Below are positions 12,432 to 22,919 of a stretch of DNA of 60,000 nucleotides, piece after piece. The notes under the pieces were generated by a model that had not been told where the DNA came from, made no database searches, and saw only the letters and a list, made by a program, of their open reading frames with translations. The stretch lies in contig NC_087436.1 in assembly GCF_036321535.1 (NCBI RefSeq), forward strand, positions 113,400,001 to 113,460,000, in the 5' to 3' direction. Positions within the stretch are counted from its first letter, which is position 1, and each line of letters begins with the position of its first letter. The DNA comes from Camelus dromedarius. Lineage: Eukaryota. The position numbers and the translations under genes were made by a program.

Positions 12432-13179
12432 CTTCAATAGCATAGAAGTTTTCATCAGAAATAAGCAGTTCTCTTACCCGTACCCACCCGCAAAAAAAAA
12501 GGGGGGGGGGAGAATGAAAAGAAAAAAAACAATCCAAGTTTTCCCTATTGCATATCTTTGTTCTACCCTCTAATGGTTTCAGGGGAAAAAGTCTCATTTT
12601 AAATAATCACAAGGGGACTTTAATATCAACAAAATATTAAAAGCCGTGAAAAAAGTCTAATCATCACAACTATTAGGCCACATACAGAAAAAAATAGTCC
12701 CTGAACTAGTGGACAATTTTAATTTGATGTGAAAAGCCCTAATATTATTTTGCCATAATCACAGCTGTACTATCTGAATATACATACAGCTGATCATAGT
12801 CAAATATATGTGCAATTACAGAACACTTTAGTTTAGCTATATTGGAAGAGAAACTCATTTTGGTGACCTATTAAAGATTAATGAATGGAGGCATTCTTAT
12901 GGAGCTGCCAATTAAAAGCTTCAATATGTATTTAAGCAATGCAGCAGGGTTTTCTATATTTTATAAAGCTTATTTTCTATTATGTGTTTAGAGATTTTCT
13001 TTTAGTCCCAGTCTTCTCTATATAGGTATTTTATCCTTTGATAATTAAATCATATGCTTAAAAATTAGAACTTTCTCTCCTTTAATCTGCTAATTTTATA
13101 CTACTACTACTACCACCACCCAATTTCCTACTTTGAAAGATTAACATTAGAAATAAGGCCATTTACATACCATTCTTAC

Positions 13180-13461
13180 CTGTAAGGGTAAGAGTGTATT
13201 ACTATTGTTGTCTGTTCTGAACACATTATCTTCAATCCAAGATTTTGGAGTCAGTGATGGAGTAGAGCGAGTAAATTTCGGTGGTGCTATGACATTACCA
13301 GAAAACGGTTTCTTCAATGGAGATATCTGATTCATAGTTCCTGGAATTCCCATGTTTCCAGTTCTACGATGATCTCTGCCATGCATTGCGCCCCAGGACA
13401 TACTTCCAGTGCCCCAGCCACTGCTCTGATGGTTGCTCCAGGGAGATTGTTTCAGAAGAGG
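13180..13461 (-). CDS. CPEB2: CPEB2 coding exon 2 (282 nt)
   Basis: Acceptor ttttccccag|CCT, donor CAG|GTAAGA. Encodes PLLKQSPWSNHQSSGWGTGSMSWGAMHGRDHRRTG...PKSWIEDNVFRTDNNSNTLLPLQ, in frame with exon 1. Confidence 0.97.
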
Positions 13462-16387
13462 CTGGGGAAAATACATCTACTTAAATTATAGGCATTTAAC
13501 CAGCTTATAGTTCAAATTCAAATTTAGGCCTGAGCTAAAAATGTATATGATCTTAAAAAAATGAAAAATATAAAGGCAACAGAATATATCTTAACTAGTT
13601 TATAAAAGGTAATAGGCTTGAGATCTTGCTATACGAAAACATATTCATTTAATTCTAGGTGAGTTTATAGACTCTTGTTTACTATAAATATAATGAATGA
13701 AGCAAATATTTCATGACAATTACTAAAATAGAAAGTACAGTTACTTTTTTTCCTTCAGAGAGAACTATATACCTTACAAATATGAAGAAAAAATACTTTT
13801 AAATTGAAATTAACTTTGAAGATCCTTAAAGACACAAACTACACTATAATTTTAAAGCAACCATACTCTGCTAGGCACACAACTAAAAATATGGTCTTTA
13901 TTAATTAAAATGTCTCAATTGTATGAGTGTAATATTTAGACTAGGTTTCCAAAACAAGTAGTACCACTATAATAAACATGGATAATGATAACATTTGGTG
14001 TTATTCTATTACATGGATTAAAAATGATTTTGGGGATAAGAAAAATACAAGAAATATGTCTTTTATTTCACTGTTTATTCAACTTTCAAGATACTTTATT
14101 CCAGTTTTAATGTAGTTTCTTTTAAATTTTCTTTAGGTTTTATTTCACTTACTTATCCATGAACTGTTAAGCAATTTGACGTTACCCATAGGTGAATACA
14201 CTGAGATATATTAAAGGTAAAGAGCTAGATGCTTTCATCATTCTAATAGAGATTTTAATAATACAAGTCTCCATTAACTTCATTCATTTTCAAAAGTAAA
14301 TTATATTCCAAACTAGAATCAATGGCAAGAAAAGTTAAGTCATCAAAGAATGAAAAATCCACCAAGGAACTACAACTATAGGTTGTGTTAACTGCTAGTA
14401 ATTATATTGTCAGTAAGTTTATAATTTAATAATTTTGTGTTAACATTTAGCCAAAGTATGGGCCATGCAGTTACTCTAAGTCAATAAGTTACTGTTAAGT
14501 CAAGCACCCTTAAAATTAAACCTGCTTCTTACAGGTTTTTTTAAAACTTGATCTATAGTACCTGTTAAAAAATTGTTTTAAATTCTAATATCTTTATTAT
14601 ATACAACGTTCCCCCCTTGACAGTTCAAAAGCATAGTTAAAGGATCATGGACTGGAACCACTCCATTCTTGAGGGCCTTACTTTCCTCACTGATTGCGTT
14701 CAAAGTTCTCTTCCCATGATCTAAAATTCCACATGACAGCTGTGTGACCTCTTACACTCCACTTTGAGACCCGTCTTTTGACAAAAAACAGATTATAGTT
14801 AAACATAGATCATGGTATATGGTCTTCTGACCATGTATCACAGCTTGAAGAATAAAAAAATACTTTTAATTTTCTGTGGCAAGTCTCCAGTTAAAACATG
14901 AAGACCCTGATACCCACAAGATAGTTGCTCAAGACACGCAAATCACAGAAGAGTGAAATACTATTTCAAAATTAGTATTTTGAATCCTTCTAGGCCACAT
15001 TCTCCTTTCTCAGAGAGAAACCAGTGACTCTTCAAGAAAAACTGTTAACTATTGTTCTGGTTAATTTAAATAAACTGTTAACTGTCACTTTAGTTAATTT
15101 ATATAGTATTCACCTTTTAAAATGGTCAACCCTTCAAAACTTTAACTGACCAATGGAAAAAGTTATAAGAGTAAGTCGGCATTGGTTAAGGTCCATTTGT
15201 GTTTCTCCCTGTATCTTTAATCATGAAATTGGCCTTAGAATGATCACTATAATAAACGCTGACTAGATCAAAAAAGAACAACAAAATACCCTTTCAGTGT
15301 CGATTAACCAACCCAGCGGTCACTCAAACGTTGAACTGAGAGGATAACAAAACAGACCTTGAATCAGAAAGGACCCGGATGAATCAAAAAGCCTGCCCGC
15401 AGTGATTTCATAATTACATTACCCGCTGAAAATACACACACCCTATCAGTCAAGAGAAGGTTAAGGCCACCCCCAAAAATGTAAAAGTCTTCTCTTCAAG
15501 GTAACACACTGATCTCAAACTCGTTTAGTTTTAAAACCTACAAAATAGTAGCCAAACATTAAAAAGCACAGAAAGTCGAACTGTCTTGGGAGCATCTCCG
15601 TCTCAACCAAGTGAGCCGTCACTACCAGTTTCTTTTTCAAAGTCATCTGACAGCTCAGAGGACCGACCCACGCAGCGGGAAAGTCGGCAGGAGGCGCGCA
15701 GCCCGGCGGCTCCTCGGACGCCGGGTCCCCGCGGCAGGTTGTGCGGGCCGGCCACCGCCTCGCCGGCAACAGCCCTCGCCGACCAAATAAGAATGAAACA
15801 AACTCGAAAGAAAAAAGGGGCCTTTCCGCCCGTTCCCTCATTGGACGACGGGGAAGAGTCACGGGCTCCCCACACGCACCGTCTCCGGTAATCACTCTCC
15901 TTCCCCCAGTTTGCTTCCCACGGCCGCTCCTCTTCTGAGGCCGCCGCCCAAGCCCGCCGGTCCCGCGTCCCCCAGTCCCCGAACCCAGGCTCGTCCTAGC
16001 TGTGTCTCCGGACTCGAGGAACCCGGACGGCGGACCCCCGGGGCGGGGGTCGCCGGCGAGGCCTGGGTTCGCTAGGGTCGCCCGCTCCGAGGGGCGGGAG
16101 GGACGCCATTCCGTCCGTGCCCCAGCCCCCACCGCCGCGCCGGGGCGTTCGAGGGGGCGCCCGGCCCGGGCCGCTTCCAGCCGAACCCGCCTCGGGAGCC
16201 CCACAGCCCACGGTGGCCACAGCCCTCCCACCCCACCGGGGACGGTGTCCCGAGTCCCGTCGCCCTTTTCCGCCCTCCGGGTCCCACTCTTACTCGGGCG
16301 AGAGCTCCTCGCCAGCGCTCCTCGGGGGGCGCCCCCGCCCGCGGTGTCCCCGGCCCCGCGGCGCAGGCGGACCGCCGCCCGCCGTAC

Positions 16388-16756
16388 CTGGTGGTGGTTG
16401 TAGGAGTTCCTCTGCTGCAGGAAGGCGGCGGCCGCCGCCTGGTGCTGCTGCTGGAGCTGCGGGCTGACGGGCGACCTCCGGCTCTGCGGCTGCTGCGGCG
16501 CCGCGGGCGGCGGGGGCTGCTGCTGAGGTAAATTCATGGCGGGCGGCGGCGGCGGGGGCACGGCAGCCGCCGAGAAGGGGCCCCCGAAGCCGCCGCCGCT
16601 GCCGCCGCCGCCGCTCGCCGGCACGCTGAGCCCTGCGCAGCCGTGCGGGGACACGGGCGAGAAGCTCGGGAAGAAGGCAGGGTTCATGGAAGACGGCAGC
16701 CCCGGGTAGAAGCCGTTCTCCGAATCGGGGCTGGGCGGCGGCATGGCGCTGAGCGA

Positions 16757-16789
<33 letters not shown>

Positions 16790-18079
16790 CGGGGTGGCGG
16801 CCGACGAGCCCGGCTGCGGCGGCTGCGGCTGCGGCGGCTGCTGGGGCGGAGGCGGCGGCTGCTGCTGGGGAGGCGGCGGCGGCTGGGGCTGGGGCTGGGG
16901 AGGCGGCGATGCGGTCTGCACCGACCAGGGGGTGCCGAAGCCGGGCAGCGGCGGCGGCGGCGACGCGGAGCCGCCTCCCCCTCCGCCTCCGGGGGGTCCC
17001 CCGCCCCCGCCGCCGCCGCCGCCCGGGTGCGGAAGGTCTGGGCTCTGCAGGCTGCTGAAGGCGCCCGCGCTGAGCGCCCCGCCGGGCAGGAGGTTACTGG
17101 GGCTGTTGAGCAGAGGGTGGTTGGGGGACTCCATAGAGCCCGGCGCGGAGTTCACCGGCGGCGTCGAGGGGGCCAAGCCCGCATTGGGGGGCTCGGCGGC
17201 GCTGCCCTCGCCCGCGGCCGGGGTCTTGCGAGGGCTGCCCGCCCCTCCGTGGCGGCGCCGCGGCGCTGAGGGCGGCGAAGGCTGGAGCTGCCGGAGCGGG
17301 GGCAGGTCGGCCGGGAGCTGCCGCGGGGCGAAGTCCTGCGGTGGGAGGTGCTGCGGGTGCGGGAGGCTGAACTGCTGCTGTTGCTGCTGCTGGCGCTGGA
17401 TGAGCTGCGCCGGCTGGAGGAGCGGGCCGGGCGGCGGCGGAGGCGGGCTGAACCGGCCGGGGCAGTGGAACGGCGGCGGTGGCGGCTTCGAGTCCGAAGG
17501 GTGGGGAAGGTGGGGAGGGCTGAACTCTTTCCTCTTCTGGCTGCTCAGCTGCTGCTGCTGCCGCTTACTGAAGTCCTGCGGGGAGGAGGTGCGGCAGCAG
17601 CAGCAGGAGGAGGCGGAGGAGGAGGAGGGGTGGTGCAGACTCGGTTTGAAGTCCTGGGAGGGGAGGAGGTGGGTCACACCCGCGTTCGTGCCGCCGCCGG
17701 GGTGGTGGTTGGGGAGTTTCTCCGCGGCCGCCGCCCCCGAGAGCGGCCGCGCCGGCTGCTGTGTCAGCCCGAGCAGCAGCTCATCCTGCATGGTCTGCTG
17801 ATGCACCAGGAACGGGGAGGAAGAGGAAGCGGCTGCGGCCGAGCTGTCCGCGCCGCCGCAGCCGAGGGGGATAGAGAAGGGGGAGGCGGCCTCCGAGATG
17901 CCGGTGACAGGCAACGGCGGCGGCGAGAGCCGGCCGAAGGGCGTGGCGGAGGGCAGTGGGGCGGCGGCCGTGGCGGGTCCCGCGGCGTAGGGACGGTATG
18001 TCCCGCCGCTGAACAGGGACCCAGGGCTGCTGCTTCGGAGCGGGGCTGTCTGCTGCACCCCAAACCCGAAGTCCCGCAT
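16388..18079 (-). CDS. CPEB2: CPEB2 coding exon 1 (564 codons; low-complexity Pro/Gln/Gly/Ser N-terminal region)
   Basis: Translation MRDFGFGV...MQDELLLGLTQQP...MPPPSPDSENGFYPGLPSSMNPAFFPSFSPVSPHG...AAAAAFLQQRNSYNHHQ is recognisable as CPEB2. It ends at donor CAG|GTACGG (GT at 16387-16386). Length 1692 nt, phase 0. Confidence 0.97.
16757..16786 (-). repeat. Pure (GGC)10 coding repeat (poly-Gly)
   Basis: (gcc)10 on plus, preceded on minus by GGT, giving Gly11. Confidence 0.95.
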
Positions 18080-18400
18080 TTATCAGGCCGGCGGCAGCGG
18101 GAGGAGACGCGCCCCGGCCGCTGCCCCGCCTAAGAAGCCGCCGGATCTGGGGCGGCGCGGCCGTGGTGGAAGGAGGGGGAGTCAGTGAGAGAGAGACACC
18201 GTGACTGAGCCAGGGGCACCGACTTCGGCCCTGCCACCCCTCGCGGCGATCACCGCCACCTCCCGAGACCGGCTCGGGCGCCGCCGCCGCCACCGCCTCC
18301 GCTGCCGCCCGGGTCGCTTAAGAACCCCGGAACGTGCGTCAGCGCCACCTCACAATCGCACCGCCCCCCGCGGTGCGTCCCGGCACGCGAGGACTCGAGG
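18080..18400 (-). other. CPEB2: Probable CPEB2 5' UTR (TSS not determinable from sequence)
   Basis: GC-rich, AUG-free stretch directly upstream of Met1, with in-frame TGA TAA immediately before the ATG. Confidence 0.55.
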
Positions 18401-20961
18401 CCCCGCGCCCGCGCTGCCCCGCCCCGTCCCGCCCCTTATTAATATGCAGGCATGGCCGGGGGCGCGCTCGCGCTCTCGGGAGGGCGGGGGAGCGCGGGCG
18501 CGAGCGGCGCGTCTCCTCGGGCTTCTCCTGAGCCTAGGGGAGGGAGAGGCCGGTTGGGGCGTCGGGTCGCTGAGGAGGTCTGAGCGCCGGGCGCGGGCGC
18601 GAGGGCGAGTACGCGCGGCGGGCGCGGACGGTTTCTGGGCAACGGCCTCTTCACGCGCGGGGTCCAGGCAAAGCTTGCAGTGGGTCGCACGCGTCACCCC
18701 CGCCCCGTCTCCCTCGGGGCCCCGCCTCCTTCCTGTCACCTCGGCCTCGCCCTCGGTCACATGAGCCCAGCCGCAGGGACAGGGGCTTCCCTAGGCGGCG
18801 CTGGCCGGGGAAACTGAGGCCTGGGAGCCCCACTGGGAGTGGCCCTCGGTGATCGCGGCCGCGCGTGGCCCGCGGCGCGACGGAGCGGGAATCCTGCCCT
18901 CTCCTGGCCTCCGGGCTTGGCGCGGGGGTCCTCTGACCCACTCGCCGGTGCGAGGCTCTGGCCGCCGTGCAGACCGCCGAGCGGGTCGCCCACACCTCGG
19001 GCCCCGACTCGGAGCCCTCGGGTCGCGGTACAAAGCGAGTTTTAGCGCTGGTTTCAGTTTTCAGCCTTTCGTGCTGCGCGCTGTCATCTACCTTCCGGCA
19101 GCCGCATGAAGGTGTTTTCTGTAGGGTAAACACGAGGCCGCGGCCATATACCAAACATTTTCACTCCAGTAATGAGGAACAAAGTCCCTGGAACCTAACA
19201 CGGCTCCGTGTGGTTATTTACACACAGATACGCATATAATGGGTTCCGAGGAGAGCTCCCGTGGTAACCCTGGGCCGGCTCCAAGTCCTCCTATTTCAGA
19301 AAGCGTTTAAAGTGCCACCATCAGGACTACCGTGTGTGGGACTCCTCCCCACCGCATTCATTCTGGCACCCCCGCGCCTTCCCCCTAGGGAGACTCAACA
19401 TTTCCAAACCTTTATGAATTTTCAAGGGAGAAAGATTTCTCACATCAGGGAAAAAAAGGAGGTTCTGACTCAGCAGCAGACTTGTTGAGGCTTGCAAAAT
19501 GGAAGGAGAGAGAGCTTTCCATGGTAGAGGTCTTATTGGAAGCGATGGAAGAGGAAGTAAACCTGTGTTTTTCCTAAAGAAACATTTTACACAGAGAAAA
19601 AAAAAAGTAAGGGTCTGGATAAAGGAATAGCAGAGCGATCCACAGAACGTAAGATAAGCATTTCATGTTCCTGTTTCGCAGTTTTAATTCTCTTGGCGTT
19701 TAGAGAAGTGAAACTACTGAAAGAATCCTAGAATATAGACTGATAATCCCCAAAGCAATAGAAAGTGGGTTCAGATTCTATTTGGTTTTGATTTACAACT
19801 GAACTAAGATTAAATAGTGTTATAAACCAGCACACTCTTACTGATGTAGGCAAACTGTACATTTTTATGAGTCCTCATTGTCATTTCTGCTTTTGTTACT
19901 TCAGTGTTTCAACTTTATATGAATCAATAAATACAGTAGAAAAAGAACAACATTGCAAAGGAAAAATACATTCAAGGTATAAAATTTATGTCTAATATCC
20001 TGTCTAATGAACTAAGTTTGATATTGCCTTTACAATGAGGAAAAAGTACTTAAAAAGAAACTCATAAATGATTTAGAAATCAATGGGTACATAGAAAATT
20101 GATTTGAGTTAATTTCAAAACCATTTTTAACAATCAAAATATAGAACTGGAGAAGTACTTCTATTACTCTAAATTACAATGTCTAGGAAATAACCTGAGA
20201 TCATTAGAATAAAAAATATAAATGGCCATTTTCACAGCACCTGTTGACATATTTCTTAACTATTATTCATTAACCTGTTTTGCAGGGAAAATATTCAGGA
20301 ACTGAGGCTTATAAATTCTTTAAAATGAACAAATGTTTTCCTAAATAAAATTATATTTGATTGGACTCATCTGCAGATCCAACGAGAAACCTTGAAAATA
20401 TAGGCAGGAAAATTAGCTCAATCATCCATTAAATTTTCAGTTAGTGCAATATAAGGAGAGAGAGCATACATTTAAAAACCAGATGGTATTATTCTGGGCT
20501 AAAGTTTGAACAAAAACAAGGTTTCTTGGTGTGCTGAGACTGGTTTTGTTGTAGAGTATTTAAAGCTCTCTAAAACTGGGGGGAAAAAAGCCATCAAGTT
20601 TAGTATTATATTATAAGGTTAAACTTCATATTAATTACACTGAATTCCAAAGTCCCACTGCCAGACGCTCTACTCACTACTTTAACATCTCAGAGAGTGT
20701 TGTGAGGGCCCTGCTTTTTATAGAGAGGAAAGTTATTTTCTGAAATCTAGAACCTTTAAGCTGATGAGTGTCCCATCGAAAATATTCCGACATAAAAGTC
20801 TCCTATAGTGGAGGTAGAGGTGAGTGGGAGGTCCAAAGCCAAGATCTTATGAATCTATATTCTAATCTTATTTATGTGAAAATATGTCAATTATATGACC
20901 AGTAACTCAGTCCCTGACTTTGACAGTCCCTTCTTGTTCATTTCCTCCCACTGCTCTGGGC

Positions 20962-21171
20962 CAGTGTTTTTGAAAATACCTTGCTACAACCCAGCACACA
21001 CACATACGCACATGCACCTGAAATAAAGCTTTCATTAAGCAATTCTCACTTTTAATACATGCAACAAATTCATTTAAAATTTTACTTTTTAAAATCATTA
21101 AATTGATCTCAAATCACTACATTGATTTGAAGACTCACAATTAGGTCATGAGCTGAAATTGAAAAACACCG
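20962..21171. mobile_element. hAT-type MITE fossil
   Basis: Inverted termini cagtgtttttgaaa ... ttgaaaaacaccg. Confidence 0.5.
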
Positions 21172-21239
21172 TCCTAGAAGACTGTTTCACACCTTCTCTA
21201 TCTTAAAACCTCCTTACACCTTCACCTATCCTTACTCTC

Positions 21240-22378
21240 AACTGCTGACCTGGCTTCCTATTTCACTGGGAAAATAGAAGCAGTCACAGGAGAGCTTCCC
21301 AAATCCTCACCTGCTCCCTCTTCCAGTCAGTCACTCTGCATCTGTCCCTGTACACCTCACCTTCCTTCTGGGTCCATGGACGGCCTGTCCACACCCTATA
21401 CTGCCACCGTCTAAGGCCAGCCCCACTGGGGCACCGAATCCTCTCCCTGCTTGCCCAGGACGTGGCTTCCCAGACATCCCAAATTTAACTCCCATGCCTC
21501 AAATTGAACTCCCCTGCCTCATTAATCCTCATCTCCTTAAATGGCACTCCACTGTTCTTAGGCCAAAAACCTTGGGGTGTCCTTCTTGACTTCTGTTTGT
21601 CTAACAGTACATCAAACCATCACGCTGCTTATCCTACCTTTAAGTCATATCCAGAATCCAGCCACTTCTCACCACTCCCACCACAAACAACCTGGTCCAG
21701 GCCACCAACCTCTCCCCTGGATTGTTGCTCTCAACTCCTAACTAGTTTCCCAGCTTCTGATTTTGTCTACAAGCTATTCTCTATCAAGCAGCCAGAATGC
21801 TCCTTTCAGACAGATTACATCAACTCCTCTGACTAAATACTTACACTTATCAGAATAGAAGTCCAAACATTTTCAGTTATCGAAAGATTCTTCCAGGTTA
21901 CCTCCTGCCACCACTAATCCCTCCCCGACAATTTCTACCCCAGAATAGAATTCTCGTTTCTTTAACACACCAGGCCAAGTCAGCAAAGCCTCAGCCTTTG
22001 CTCTCACAGCTCCCACTGCCTGGAATACTTGTCCCCTCCCTGCCAGCAGGAGTCAATAACTCTTTTTCCCTCTTTCTCTTTCACTTCTTTTAGGTCTCTA
22101 CTCAAGCTTACTTTCTCAGTGATGTCTTCTCTGTTTGACATTGTGAATTAGGAGCCCCCTCCCTCCATTCTAGCCTCCTCCTTCCTCCCAGGTGGTTTGA
22201 TTTTTCTCCATCTGGCCCACTAGGTACTTAAATTGTTTATCTGTCCCCTCTGTTAGTTAGTTCACAAGCCCTATGAAGGAAGGTACATTGTTTTACTCAC
22301 CACTGCATCCTCAGCATCTAGAACAATCATGGCACACAGTAGGCACCCAAGAATTGTCAAATACATGCACTAAATGAA
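21240..22378 (+). mobile_element. LINE-2 (L2) 3' portion
   Basis: L2 motifs: cttcctatttcactgggaaaatagaagc, caaaaaccttggggtgtccttcttgacttc, ccagaatccagccacttctcaccac, and 3' end gcatctagaacaatcatggcacacagtaggcacccaag. Confidence 0.8.
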
Positions 22379-22919
22379 GGCATTGTGGAATTAACGAATA
22401 GCAGTTTTAGGAAATAATAGCTGTAAGTGTATTGTACTGTAGTAATATGAGAGTCTGTCATTGCTTGTTAGCAAGAGCTACCCAAACACAACCCAGATGC
22501 CCCTAGGGATTATAAGCAAGCCCAGAGAGTTCTAGGTATCAACAGGGTATGTGAGTGAGGACAGACGGGGCATCTCAGGATTTTAACACCAGGGAATAAA
22601 TAAACCTGGATGCCAAGAGGCAAGACTTCTGTCTTAGGAACCTAAGGAAGGACTCAGGCTGCAGGGACTGGGATACTGAGGAAAGAGAATAAAACACGGG
22701 TTCATTATAGGAACTTGAGCAAAGACAGGGAATCAAGACTCCAGTTCATAGAAACAGAGAACCAGTCAGGCAGCATGGCAGTGAGGCCAGCTTGATGCTG
22801 CGCCTCTGTGGTGCTGGTTTCTTCCTGCTGCCCCGCCTATATGACTGACCCCGCAGATGGGAAGGGATTCATCGTTAGTCCTGGCTTTGGGTTAGTCTTT
22901 ACATATCCCTTTTCTGTTG

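Larger units (their letters stand above)
15650..19300. promoter_or_regulatory. CpG island spanning the CPEB2 promoter, 5' leader, exon 1 and start of intron 1
   Basis: Very high GC and CpG density against an AT-rich background, with multiple GC boxes (GGGGCGGG, e.g. 18417-18435 on minus). Boundaries approximate. Confidence 0.93.

Noticed and set aside
1..16387. HDV-like self-cleaving ribozyme as in the paralog CPEB3 intron
   Set aside because: I looked by eye for similarity to the CPEB3 ribozyme in the CPEB2 introns and found none. A covariance-model or descriptor search would be needed to exclude a diverged one.
15515..18079. The 854-aa ORF as the true CPEB2 protein
   Set aside because: CPEB2 similarity stops at NSYNHHQ, where a canonical donor lies, and resumes in frame at 13461. 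The remainder is intron read-through.
16643..18133. Long plus-strand ORFs (208, 352 and 261 aa) antisense to exon 1
   Set aside because: These are shadows of a very GC-rich, repetitive coding exon. The products are low-complexity with no recognisable domain.
18201..19239. Cluster of 65-187 aa ORFs upstream of CPEB2
   Set aside because: They are CpG-island artefacts, mostly with non-ATG starts and an Arg/Ala/Pro/Gly composition.
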